From IMG/VR virus record IMGVR_UViG_3300025889_000127, positions 1 through 59,737 of that record: DNA of 59,737 nucleotides. The stretch is one strand, 5' to 3'. The DNA is from a virus (lineage: Duplodnaviria > Caudoviricetes). The translations under genes were made by a program, and so were the position numbers. Under the pieces are notes generated by a model. It was not told the DNA's origin. It saw only the letters and a list, made by a program, of their open reading frames with translations, and searched no databases. Shown piece by piece: positions 1 through 8,706 of this stretch. Every line of letters begins with the position of its first letter. Position 1 is the first letter of the stretch.

Positions 1-3000
1 GTTCCAGTTGATTCTATTTTAAACTTATCTGCCTCTCCAACTTCCCTTAATATTTCAATAAGTTTTGGACCTTCTGGGTATCTTAGTTTAACTTCTCTGT
101 CGTCTATAGTGGAGTAAGCCACACGAGAGCCGCCTAGTGGATACCCTTGAAGTTTATCAGACATTGATGCTCTAATGCCTTTGTCCGTATTCTTAACAAC
201 ATTGAAGTTCTCAAAAGATTCTGAACCTAGTTTCTTCACATCTTCTGGGTCAACCTTTATTCTATCATAAGGTTGTTGAACCATCCAGCCGTCTTCTTTG
301 AGAGCGGTTTCTATTTCATTATCAATGTCTTCCCAATAATCTAAAAGGTAAGACTTAACTTGGTCGGCAATCTCATACCCAAAGTTGTCAGGGTCATGAG
401 TTACACCCTCAATGTAGGCCACAACCTCAACTACCAGCCTTGTATCGCTGCCGAACCTTCGTTCTTGGACACTAGCACTCCAGCTATAATCAACTTGATG
501 GTCGTAGTGATCGGAGTCGTTGTATGTGTTTTCCGCTACATCTCTTACGGCTCCCATTGCTGCCTGACGGCGAAGAGCATTAATCATCTCTTCTTTACTG
601 TATTCTTCTTCGCTTCCAACATTTGGGGCACCAATAAACTTATAGACTGGATAGTCAAACATAACTTTGATGCTATAAACTACCTCTGGAGATTCATTCC
701 ATTCATCCCACTCAACCTCAAAATCAAACTCAACATTCTCATCATCAAGATAATCATATTTAGCCTCATTCATTGCTTCAGTAGCAGCATCAAGCATAGG
801 TCCTATCTGAGCGGTATCCGTATAATCTACATCATCCTCTTCGCTCATTTTAGCGGGTCGAGGGTCGTCTTGCTCGTACTCTTCTTTTCCAAGGAGAGCA
901 TTAAACATCTTGTAGGTTGGTGTATCAGTATATGACCCACCTCGCATTACGAACTTAGATAGGTCTACCTTCTCCTTGAAAAGTGGGTGCCCTTGTTGGA
1001 CTTTGCGAGCCCAAGCAGACACAGTGCTCAAAAAGCCTGGTACCTTCTTGCCATATACTCTTGTCTCTGGTGCTAGAACTGCTAGAGGAGCACCCTCTTC
1101 AGCAAGCTTAATACTATCAAATCTGCGGAGACGAACACGGGCTCTTGGTGTAATGCCCTCAACACCTCGGTCTCTATCAGCAAACAATTCTGTGTCATTG
1201 ATGTGCTCCTGAGCATAAGGCACATCTTCGCCGTCAATCAAATAAGCAATCGCTCCTGCTCGGTTCGCATCAGCAAGAGCACATCTAAAATAATCTGAAC
1301 CTTCTGAATGACAAGACCTAATATCCGCTTCGCTGAAGTCAGACATTCTTGCTACGTCTAGTGGGTGCTGTGTGATAACAATAGCATCCTGGGCTTCTAA
1401 GATTTCTGGGTTGCCTAGGAAGTCAGCCTGGAACTTGTTCCACCACTTTTGTGTAGCAGCAGATAACTCTCTGCCGATGGTCTTTCCTAGTTTTGTTTTT
1501 CTTTCTTGTTTCCCTCGTTGTGTCTCAATCTCTTTGGTTGCGACACCATTTTTAAGGTCAACCTTGATGCCCTTGGCTGCGAGCGGCTCAACAATCATCT
1601 CGTAGAACTCTTTGACCTGCTCGTTCTCTTTCGAGACCATAGGAATGATTACTCGTTCGTTTTCGCCGAACAATGGTCGCAACTCTGATGCAGACAGACC
1701 AGCAGCAGCATCAGCAAGATAGTCATAAACTTCACTACTAATCTCATTAAGTTGGCGGAAGGGCTCAGAGGTATCTGGAGTAGTCGAACTTATAATCTCT
1801 TCTCTAATAAGAGAAGTCAAGACATTTCTGATATTTTTACTTTCTTTTAGCTTCATACCGAATTTAGAAAATAGTGATTTAATTTTCTCTAAAGAGTCCT
1901 CATCAGTAACAAACTTTTTCTTGTCGCTAACGATTGTATTATATGCTTCCTTCATTGCTTCCAAATATTTCTTGGAAGGTCTTTTGCCGCCAGGACGAAG
2001 ACGAGAACGAAGGGCAAACTTTAGACTTGGCATAGCAGTCAAACGATAGTTGTTAAGCCCAGCAAGTTCTTCGTAGTTTTTCAATATCTCCATCTGAACT
2101 TCTTCAGGAGTGTATTGGCTTCGAATCATCTCAAAAAGGTAATTGTCTGCTGTATAATCTGGAATTGTACCATCATACATCTTGTCTAAAATATCCCTGT
2201 AATAACTCATAGGGACATTTTTACCATTTAGGGCATCAGCAACAAGTCTTCTATTCAAATCAAGTTCGCCATTTTCTAATCTGGCGACTTTGTTGAATAT
2301 CTCCTCTGTAACATTAGGGCTCAACAAAACTTCTCTTGCCCTGCGAGCCCTCCTGTTATCTCCACCCCGATATCTTCCAAGTGTATCACTGGGCTCCACC
2401 GCAGCATACTGGGCTGCCTCGGTATTCAAAAGACCAACAGGAACATTGGGGCTAGCCAAAACAGCAGCAACCTCGTCGCCGTCAAAGGGAATGACTAAAT
2501 TACCAAAGTATATTTTCTTTAGGAAGTCTTCTGGGGCATTAGGATTTAGAAGTATAGAGCGATAAACCTCTGGGTCTTGCTCTTTCTTTAGAGCATTTTC
2601 AATCATCTCTTTAGACATACCAGGATGCTTAAACAAGAGTTCTAATATCCTGCTTTTCATTAATGGACTCTCGTCTCCTTTTTTCTCAACCCAGTCCAGA
2701 ATATCCTTAATCATTTCAGGGGTAAGCGGATTGCTTTGGTCCGCTACCATATAATCTAGGGCATCAAATATATCACTCTTGCTGAACTCGGGAGCAAATT
2801 GTGGGTCGGCACCTGGAGCCACCTTAGGCTTGTCGCTCAAAAGTATCTTGAGGGCTGCCGCTTTTTTATCCATAGGAACACCTGGCTCTCTAAGGAGTCT
2901 GTATAGAGTGGACTCTCTGAAGCGGTATTCTTTATTAGGAATTGTTGTTACGTGATCTAGGGCACCCCTGTGTGTAAAGAATCCTTGTTGTCTTTCTGCC

Positions 3001-3710
3001 TTGTGGATAATGCCTTTGCCTTCAGCATCAATAACAGCATCATAACCAAGGGCTCGTAGAATGCCGTTAGACAAAAGAGTAATCTTTTTATCAGTTGCTA
3101 TTTCTAGGGCTTTAGCGGCAGCCTGAACATAATCGTATAGTTTTTCTGACTCTGTGTCTCCGCCATATTCTCGCTGGGAAACCTTAGACAAAGTTTCAAC
3201 GTGCTTGGGATCTTCTAGCCATTCTTGGGGAGAAACAAAACCATGGGCGAAATCTTTATTTTGAGCCATCATCTGTTTAGGTGGCGAATCTGAACCTGGA
3301 GGACCAGAAGGCATATTATAGATTGGGAAGGTATCTTGGGCAAATGCTGGATATTTTCTAGCAATCGCAGCATTCATTTCTTCTCGTGAAGGAACGCCGC
3401 CTGTCTTGCCATCATCACCAAGCCACAGAACCTTAGCACCGTCCTTGACTTTCATTAGGTGTCCATATTTTCTGCCTGATGCGAAAATCTCGTTTCTCTT
3501 GGCTCCATCAATTGTATTTTGGTTGAAGTGCCAGCCGTAGATGCCAGCAGGCGTATTGAATTTTGTTCCTGGATTGATGCCTACCTTATTAACGTCAGAA
3601 AAAGTCAAAAGGAAATCTGGGTTTCCGATTGCAGAAACAATCATATCTTTTCTTGGATGTTGAGTAATCATCAACTCTTCATCTATCAACTGATCAATAA
3701 TAGACTTCAT
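1..3710 (-). CDS. Large multidomain protein, partial (>1236 aa, runs off the window). Putative ADP-ribosyltransferase-like N-terminal domain, helical repeats, and a second domain after an internal leader-like segment
   Basis: Manual translation from ATG 3708-3710 (MKSIIDQLIDEELM...) stays open to the window edge (...FKIESTG). It is absent from the ORF track because no stop lies in the window. ATGA overlap with the upstream gene. Motifs: KVGINPGTKFNTPAGIYGW, ALGYDAVID..GIIHKAERQQGFF, repeated LL(N/S)PN(A/V)(P/T), TQHPLDVARMSD..SCHS. Confidence 0.85.
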   Translation of the reverse strand, partial: MKSIIDQLIDEELMITQHPRKDMIVSAIGNPDFLLTFSDVNKVGINPGTKFNTPAGIYGWHFNQNTIDGAKRNEIFASGRKYGHLMKVKDGAKVLWLGDDGKTGGVPSREEMNAAIARKYPAFAQDTFPIYNMPSGPPGSDSPPKQMMAQNKDFAHGFVSPQEWLEDPKHVETLSKVSQREYGGDTESEKLYDYVQAAAKALEIATDKKITLLSNGILRALGYDAVIDAEGKGIIHKAERQQGFFTHRGALDHVTTIPNKEYRFRESTLYRLLREPGVPMDKKAAALKILLSDKPKVAPGADPQFAPEFSKSDIFDALDYMVADQSNPLTPEMIKDILDWVEKKGDESPLMKSRILELLFKHPGMSKEMIENALKKEQDPEVYRSILLNPNAPEDFLKKIYFGNLVIPFDGDEVAAVLASPNVPVGLLNTEAAQYAAVEPSDTLGRYRGGDNRRARRAREVLLSPNVTEEIFNKVARLENGELDLNRRLVADALNGKNVPMSYYRDILDKMYDGTIPDYTADNYLFEMIRSQYTPEEVQMEILKNYEELAGLNNYRLTAMPSLKFALRSRLRPGGKRPSKKYLEAMKEAYNTIVSDKKKFVTDEDSLEKIKSLFSKFGMKLKESKNIRNVLTSLIREEIISSTTPDTSEPFRQLNEISSEVYDYLADAAAGLSASELRPLFGENERVIIPMVSKENEQVKEFYEMIVEPLAAKGIKVDLKNGVATKEIETQRGKQERKTKLGKTIGRELSAATQKWWNKFQADFLGNPEILEAQDAIVITQHPLDVARMSDFSEADIRSCHSEGSDYFRCALADANRAGAIAYLIDGEDVPYAQEHINDTELFADRDRGVEGITPRARVRLRRFDSIKLAEEGAPLAVLAPETRVYGKKVPGFLSTVSAWARKVQQGHPLFKEKVDLSKFVMRGGSYTDTPTYKMFNALLGKEEYEQDDPRPAKMSEEDDVDYTDTAQIGPMLDAATEAMNEAKYDYLDDENVEFDFEVEWDEWNESPEVVYSIKVMFDYPVYKFIGAPNVGSEEEYSKEEMINALRRQAAMGAVRDVAENTYNDSDHYDHQVDYSWSASVQERRFGSDTRLVVEVVAYIEGVTHDPDNFGYEIADQVKSYLLDYWEDIDNEIETALKEDGWMVQQPYDRIKVDPEDVKKLGSESFENFNVVKNTDKGIRASMSDKLQGYPLGGSRVAYSTIDDREVKLRYPEGPKLIEILREVGEADKFKIESTG

Positions 3711-3883
3711 TTCATTTCAACCCTATCTGAAGCAAACTTTTCGAGGACAAATGGAAAGAAAGCGTGGAAAACCAAAACAACGGAACAGACAGCAAGAGTT
3801 GCTGAGTATGTCAAGGCGTGCACAAGGTGTTGCCTATATGTCATATTCTGTTCTCTAAGGTGTTTGGTCAAAAACTCTTTCAT
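3707..3883 (-). CDS. Small membrane protein, DUF6356-like (58 aa)
   Basis: Manual translation MKEFLTKHLREQNMTYRQHLVHALTYSATLAVCSVVLVFHAFFPFVLEKFASDRVEMK*. The H..(E/Q)..TY.QH and HA.FPF motifs match my recollection of DUF6356. It fills the intergenic gap and is below the 60-aa track cutoff. Confidence 0.7.
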   Translation of the reverse strand: MKEFLTKHLREQNMTYRQHLVHALTYSATLAVCSVVLVFHAFFPFVLEKFASDRVEMK

Positions 3884-3892
3884 ACAAATATC

Positions 3893-4348
3893 CTAAAACT
3901 TGTTTTTGTCCTGCCATTCGTGTGATACGCTATCCTCTGAGATAGGTCCACCCTTAGCCCAAGTGTAGCAAGTGCGAGCAGAGTGGCACTTGAAGTGGTG
4001 CATCCAGCAATATCCGAGTTCACCATCTTTGTCGGAAGTGTCACCAGGCATACAGTCTTTCATTCTTGGGGAGATGTCGAAAGCGATACAGTTGCCACAC
4101 AAAGACTTCTTGGCTGCCTCTTCTGTTGTATCCCAGTGCCCTGCTAGGTCTTTCCAGTAGTCACCTGGTTCATCAACATTTAGAGGTCCGTATTTAATGT
4201 GATCTGCTTTGATAGCAGCATCACGATTCTTTGTATTGAGTTCTAGGTCTTGAGTTGCTGGTGGGCAAATATAATCTTTTGCAACCTTCAGCATTATGTT
4301 CATCTCTCTTTGTAGGAACCTTCTCCACTCGGTCATTAGTTCTAACAT
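3893..4348 (-). CDS. Cys/His-rich phage protein (possible metal or Fe-S binding)
   Basis: CPPATQD, CGNC, GYCWMHHFKCHSARTC..W motifs; N-terminus MLELMTEWRRFLQRE is leader-like. Confidence 0.75.
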   Translation of the reverse strand: MLELMTEWRRFLQREMNIMLKVAKDYICPPATQDLELNTKNRDAAIKADHIKYGPLNVDEPGDYWKDLAGHWDTTEEAAKKSLCGNCIAFDISPRMKDCMPGDTSDKDGELGYCWMHHFKCHSARTCYTWAKGGPISEDSVSHEWQDKNKF

Positions 4349-4351
4349 TTT

Positions 4352-4624
4352 TTAACCCTCGTGCTTCTCTATTTCTACCACAAGTTTGCCATTGCCTTTA
4401 ATCACTCGGTGGTACATATATTTAGGTATTTTATATTCCTTTTTACCTTCCAAAAGAACTGGGAGTTGGTTGTCGAGTTGAAGTTTCCAGCCGTTGGATT
4501 CTAAAACCCTGACTGTGCGGTCTTCTCTATCGAGGTGCCAAATGAGTTCTTCGGAGTCAGTATCTTCACTAAACTCACGGATTATAATATTGTTTTTGAC
4601 TTTTGTTTCCCTGAATGGGAACAT
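4352..4624 (-). CDS. Small cupin-like phage protein
   Basis: WHLDREDR...W.LQLD...IPK..YHRVIKG resembles a cupin His-His-His pattern. Start moved to ATG 4624 (MFPFRETK), 1 nt after the upstream stop. Confidence 0.65.
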   Translation of the reverse strand: MFPFRETKVKNNIIIREFSEDTDSEELIWHLDREDRTVRVLESNGWKLQLDNQLPVLLEGKKEYKIPKYMYHRVIKGNGKLVVEIEKHEG

Positions 4625-4625
4625 A

Positions 4626-5417
4626 TTACCAGAATCTACCTGGAACATTCTTGCCAAAGTCCTTGTGGGCTCGACAAGCCCAGTATCCTGCTGTTAGTTT
4701 TCTGTTTGGCTTCTTGGCTTTGTCGGCACAGTTATGTCGAGAAGCAAATGACTTTCTGGCTTCTGCACTATTCCAGTTGCCCTTTAGACCGCCCTTAGAA
4801 TCGCCGTAAGTAATAGTTCTTATGTTGCCAGTCTTAGGATCCTTGACATATACTTTATACTTCTTCCCGCCACCAGAGTTTTTCATTGGCTTGTTGAGAG
4901 GACCCTTTTTCTTTTTCTCTTCATACAATGCTGGAGAAGCCTCAACATACATTGGGAAATCCAAAGGAACATCTTGACCTTCTTCTTCGTGCCAAGCCCA
5001 TTCACCTAGGTCTGGATTTTCATTGATGAACTCTTGCTCTTCTTCTGAGAAATCGTACTTGCCTTCTTTGTTGAGCTTCTTGGCTTCTTCGATAAGTTCA
5101 AAGTAAGCGTCGGAACCAAGTCGATAAATACATTCAGTTATTGGGAGGTTGTTGTCAATGTGGTGCTGCATACCCTCTGAGATGTAATCACCATCTCTGT
5201 GCTGCATTACTTTCTTCATTTTCTTCAAAAGATCTTTGACATCTTTCTCTGTTATGCCACTTTCAACCTCTTTAGCAGACTTTACCAAAGGATCAAGACC
5301 AGCCGCACCGCCTTCATCACTGAGCGTGTCTAGGATAGCTTTCTCTACTTTGGGTTGGATTTCTTTGTTGATCTCTTCTAAGATGATCTTTCTTAGTTGT
5401 GACTTTGTTATTTTCAT
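4626..5417 (-). CDS. Putative internal head protein with MKITKSQLRKIILEE leader and a basic C-terminal domain (DUF6321-like)
   Basis: Leader motif; C-terminal KKYKVYVKDPKTGN..YGD..ARKSFASRHNC..TAGYWAC...W. Confidence 0.75.
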   Translation of the reverse strand: MKITKSQLRKIILEEINKEIQPKVEKAILDTLSDEGGAAGLDPLVKSAKEVESGITEKDVKDLLKKMKKVMQHRDGDYISEGMQHHIDNNLPITECIYRLGSDAYFELIEEAKKLNKEGKYDFSEEEQEFINENPDLGEWAWHEEEGQDVPLDFPMYVEASPALYEEKKKKGPLNKPMKNSGGGKKYKVYVKDPKTGNIRTITYGDSKGGLKGNWNSAEARKSFASRHNCADKAKKPNRKLTAGYWACRAHKDFGKNVPGRFW

Positions 5418-5692
5418 TTGTTTTTCATTCTCCCCGTCAACTTATCAAAATAAGGTGTGCGTACATTCCTTCTAGCAGATAAGTAGCGGTCTATAATTGG
5501 CTTTAGTAAAGACTTTTCTGAGAATCTTTTTGGTAATTCTTCTCTGCCTAGTTCATCAAACATCGCTGTAAGATGCTTCATAATTACTGCCTCTTTCATT
5601 TCAACTTCTTTCATGTTGATTGACTGCTTCTCAGATAGAGCTTCCACCTCTTCTTTAATAATTTCCTGCAAATGGGACTTTGTTATTTTCAT
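5414..5692 (-). CDS. Putative internal head protein with MKITKSHLQEIIKEE leader
   Basis: True start is probably ATG 5692 (ATGA overlap with the upstream stop at 5689-5691). Leader is paralogous to that of 4626-5417. Confidence 0.75.
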   Translation of the reverse strand: MKITKSHLQEIIKEEVEALSEKQSINMKEVEMKEAVIMKHLTAMFDELGREELPKRFSEKSLLKPIIDRYLSARRNVRTPYFDKLTGRMKNK

Positions 5693-6294
5693 CCTTTTTT
5701 GCCTGCCTTTGATTTCTTGCCGTAGTTGCCTCTTTCTCCACACGCCGCTGGCGTGGGTCGGCACTTCGGATATTTTGCTCGTTTTTCGCCACTGGAACGA
5801 CCACAGGCTTTACAGGTTTTTCTGCCTGTCTTCTTATCTTTGCGGCAGGTATTGCAATCTACCCAGCCACCCTTCTTGCCTTTGGCTCCCTTTCTCTTGA
5901 ACCAGTCCCCAAGGTTTGTTTCGGAAGATGGCTTTTTGGTTAGTTTTCTTTTCTTCTTCTTTTTCTTCTTTTCAACTAGCTCATCTACTTTTTCCTGGAT
6001 TACGTCCTGGAGGGAGTCAAGATCTAAGCTTTCTTTTTTGCTGTTGCCCCAGTTCTTAGCGCCGACCTTGCGACACTTCACGAGAGCGCCAGAAGCGTAA
6101 GCAGAAGGCCATACCTTATAACGTGACTTTACCTTGTGGTAGCACGCATCACGCTTTGCTTTTCTCTTTTTGCGGCGGGACTTCTTCTTGGACTTCCGCT
6201 TTGCCGAAGCCTTCTTTTTAGATTTGCTTTTCTTTTTCTCGTCGAGAATAGCTTCTTTTAAAGCCTCTCGAACTTGAGAAAGAGTGATTTTCAT
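5689..6294 (-). CDS. Lys-rich basic protein, DUF5872-like, with MKITLSQVREALKE leader
   Basis: Poly-Lys tracts; CYHKVKSRYKVWPSAYASGALVKCRK, L.DWF...WVDC and CGR....YPKCRP motifs. Confidence 0.8.
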   Translation of the reverse strand: MKITLSQVREALKEAILDEKKKSKSKKKASAKRKSKKKSRRKKRKAKRDACYHKVKSRYKVWPSAYASGALVKCRKVGAKNWGNSKKESLDLDSLQDVIQEKVDELVEKKKKKKKRKLTKKPSSETNLGDWFKRKGAKGKKGGWVDCNTCRKDKKTGRKTCKACGRSSGEKRAKYPKCRPTPAACGERGNYGKKSKAGKKG

Positions 6295-6303
6295 TCTGAG
6301 CCC

Positions 6304-7251
6304 TCATGCCATCAACGCAATCTTGAATAAATAGGCATCAGAATCAATAAAAGGCGCAGCTTCTTTTCGTTGCTGAAAAACTTCCCTGGGCATCTCTCCA
6401 ATATCTTTGTACCCTGAAGTGTCCATCAGGCGCACTTCGATATCATAAGCTAACAAAGCTTTGACAAGTCGCATGGCTTTTTTGTGGGCATCAGCATCCA
6501 GCCCAAGCAGTACTGGAGTATCGTTCCTTACGATCTTCATAAAGAGCTTGCTGTCTTCCCGAAGTGTTGAGCCGAGCAGTGGAATACTGTTCTCACCAGC
6601 AACGATTGCGTCAAAGACGCCCTCAACTAGAGTAACCTCTCGTTCCCAGTCAATCAGCAGTTCATTGAAGATAATGTCTTTGTTCCCTGGTCCGTTCATA
6701 TACGGAGGCCAGACATTGTGATCAAATGTACGGGAAGTAAAAAAGTTACAGTAACCTTCTTCATCAAATGATGGCAGGATGAGTCTGTTCTTGTAGTCCC
6801 CGCTTCCGCAGTAGCCGATCTTCCAGTAGAGAATATCTTTATCTGTTACCCCACGTTTGCGGAGGTAGTTGAAGACCATCCGTGATGATGGCGGGTGAGA
6901 TCGTCCAGTAAGCGTTTGAAACTCATTTGGAAGGTCGATTCGCTGCGGATTTTCGATTTCCTTAGCGAATAGGTTGTCTAGGTCGCCTAGCTCAATATCG
7001 GCGTCAAAATCTTTCCATCTATTGATGTGACTTATGTCGCCCCAACGTCTGACAAGACGTCGTAAGTTTTTTGTTCTCCAATCGCAAGCCCAGCACTTGG
7101 CTGCATTCTTTTCGAAGTTCACTGACAGCTTAGGCTTGTGGTGCCCGCAGCAGCGGGAAGGATAGAGATATTCCTTCCCCTGCTTGTACGGACGACCTAA
7201 GACCTCGTCAAGGATCTTCTTCTTTTTGGCTGAAGCTGGATCGTTGAACAA
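6304..7251 (-). CDS. DNA primase (Zn-binding domain + TOPRIM)
   Basis: CCGHH...KCWACD zinc motif, YLRKRG, NRLILP, TOPRIM LVEGVFDAI and GLDADA. Confidence 0.9.
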   Translation of the reverse strand: MFNDPASAKKKKILDEVLGRPYKQGKEYLYPSRCCGHHKPKLSVNFEKNAAKCWACDWRTKNLRRLVRRWGDISHINRWKDFDADIELGDLDNLFAKEIENPQRIDLPNEFQTLTGRSHPPSSRMVFNYLRKRGVTDKDILYWKIGYCGSGDYKNRLILPSFDEEGYCNFFTSRTFDHNVWPPYMNGPGNKDIIFNELLIDWEREVTLVEGVFDAIVAGENSIPLLGSTLREDSKLFMKIVRNDTPVLLGLDADAHKKAMRLVKALLAYDIEVRLMDTSGYKDIGEMPREVFQQRKEAAPFIDSDAYLFKIALMA

Positions 7252-7857
7252 TTAGTACCCTAGTTCTTGGAGTTGCCTAATCGTATTATCCACATCATCT
7301 GGATTATGTTTAATAGCGATGCCACCACCCGCTCGGAACTCGTTGACGTATTTGTCACGGTCATCAATCAGAAGTCCTTGAACTCCGTTGCGATTTCCGT
7401 AGGGTTCCTTGGTATCTGAAAGGTTGACTTTTTCTACTGGAAGTCCTAACTCTCGCTCAACCCAGATTCGTTTGCCAACCTTTGAACCCTCTTCCATAGG
7501 TGCCGACAAGATCTCAACCCCTGGAATGTCTTTGATGTAGTTCCAAAGCTTTTTGCCACCACGTTCCCAGCCGAGGTTTGCCCACAACTCTACATCGTTC
7601 TCAACGAGACGATACATAAAGTCTCTCGTTCGATAGTTTCTTTTTAGGCTGCCCTCCATATCGGAGCGAGCAATGTGCCAGCGGTTGATCTCTACATCCC
7701 AGCCGCCAATCTCTTTAGCCGTTGATCGGGCAAGCTTGTGGTCTGGATGAGCGATATCATCTCGCAGTTCTTGGAAGCGCTGGTTCATATACTTGAGGAC
7801 ACCTTCCTCAAAGTTGACAAGCACGCCATCCATATCGCAGTAAAGTTGGTATTTCAT
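7252..7857 (-). CDS. HAD-family 5'(3')-deoxyribonucleotidase-like protein
   Basis: YCDMDGVLVNF motif I, ILSAP, K..W, LIDD motif IV. Start taken at ATG 7857 (MKYQLY) behind SD GGAGGT at 7864-7869. Confidence 0.88.
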   Translation of the reverse strand: MKYQLYCDMDGVLVNFEEGVLKYMNQRFQELRDDIAHPDHKLARSTAKEIGGWDVEINRWHIARSDMEGSLKRNYRTRDFMYRLVENDVELWANLGWERGGKKLWNYIKDIPGVEILSAPMEEGSKVGKRIWVERELGLPVEKVNLSDTKEPYGNRNGVQGLLIDDRDKYVNEFRAGGGIAIKHNPDDVDNTIRQLQELGY

Positions 7858-7879
7858 AGGAACACCTCCCTTCACCACT

Positions 7880-7907
7880 ATAATAGCATATGTTAATGTT
7901 AGGTCAA
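7880..7907 (-). promoter_or_regulatory. Sigma70-like promoter for the nucleotidase-primase pair
   Basis: Minus strand TTGACC (7902-7907), 16-nt spacer, extended -10 TGcTATTAT (hexamer 7880-7885). Confidence 0.6.
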
Positions 7908-7912
7908 GTGTT

Positions 7913-8107
7913 TTACTTTTTCTTTTTGGAGATCTTTGTGTCTCCGCACATTTCGCCAGCCTCTTTCTTTGTTAGGCTTGGCTTTCCTTTGAACTTCTTA
8001 CGAGACTTGCCAGCCTGAGCACACGCCCAGCGTCTTTGCTTTTCGCTGTAAACTTCGGACATTAGTTCCCGAACAGCTTCTCTGACTTGGCTCATTGTGA
8101 CACGCAT
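7913..8107 (-). CDS. Small basic protein with MRVTMSQVREAVRELMSE leader
   Basis: ORF track; leader paralogous to 5689-6294; SEKQRRWACA motif; preceded by the ACTATTTA motif. Confidence 0.7.
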   Translation of the reverse strand: MRVTMSQVREAVRELMSEVYSEKQRRWACAQAGKSRKKFKGKPSLTKKEAGEMCGDTKISKKKK

Positions 8108-8111
8108 ATAG

Positions 8112-8119
8112 TAAATAGT
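8112..8119 (-). promoter_or_regulatory. Putative late promoter ACTATTTA
   Basis: Recurrent intergenic motif; 4 nt upstream of ATG 8107. Confidence 0.6.
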
Positions 8120-8122
8120 TTG

Positions 8123-8695
8123 TTAATCTACTAAAACGATCTTCTCCGTGAGGAACCCTTTGTTATCTTTGTTCTTTAGGAGGAACTCACCTGCTCTTGC
8201 AATGACGATGGCATCTGCTCTGTCGTCAGTTCCTTTTTTATAGTTCCGTCCGCCACGAGCCATCTCATATGTGAAAGCAGTCTTCTCTTTTTCAATGACT
8301 GCCTCGATGACCATTTTCTTTCTTTGTGGTCCTTTAGTTCCCCGAGGGAAAGACAAGCCGTAAAGTGAGCGAGCATTGTTCACATTGATGTATGTTGGCT
8401 CTGATTCGAAACTCTCATAACAGATCCACGAAACAATGCCATTGAACTTAGCTAGTTTCATAATGGTGTCGGCTCTGGATCTCCCAGGGATAAACTTCTT
8501 CAAAGCAGTTTCGATGAAGATGTTCTCTATTTTATATTCGTTCCTTATTTGCCAGAGTTCTGCGCCAATCATCTCTGCCTTGGCAAACAGTGTGTCAGCT
8601 TTGGAGATGTCCCAATGTGTGCTGAGAACCAGATTACCATCGTCAATAACTGCCACGCCGACAACGGCTGTGGAAATATCTAATCCTAAAATCAT
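8123..8695 (-). CDS. RuvC-like Holliday junction resolvase
   Basis: MILGLDISTAVVG, IFIE, and C-terminal DDRADAIVIA acidic catalytic pattern. Confidence 0.88.
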   Translation of the reverse strand: MILGLDISTAVVGVAVIDDGNLVLSTHWDISKADTLFAKAEMIGAELWQIRNEYKIENIFIETALKKFIPGRSRADTIMKLAKFNGIVSWICYESFESEPTYINVNNARSLYGLSFPRGTKGPQRKKMVIEAVIEKEKTAFTYEMARGGRNYKKGTDDRADAIVIARAGEFLLKNKDNKGFLTEKIVLVD

Positions 8696-8706
8696 ACTTT
8701 AGTCTA

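Noticed and set aside
1-3710. Apparent 3.7 kb gene-poor region, suggesting ncRNA or stop-codon recoding
   Set aside because: It is one continuous minus-strand ORF running off the window. TAA, TAG and TGA all terminate genes normally elsewhere, so there is no sign of an alternative code.
5693-5764. Track N-terminal extensions (5764, 4657, 7878, 44244, 45491, 49721, 53278, 53465, 56539)
   Set aside because: Downstream starts give better SD sites, ATGA coupling or the shared leader, and avoid long overlaps.
5935-6240. Poly-T/C low-complexity DNA suggesting terminators or simple repeats
   Set aside because: Explained by poly-Lys codons of the minus-strand gene.
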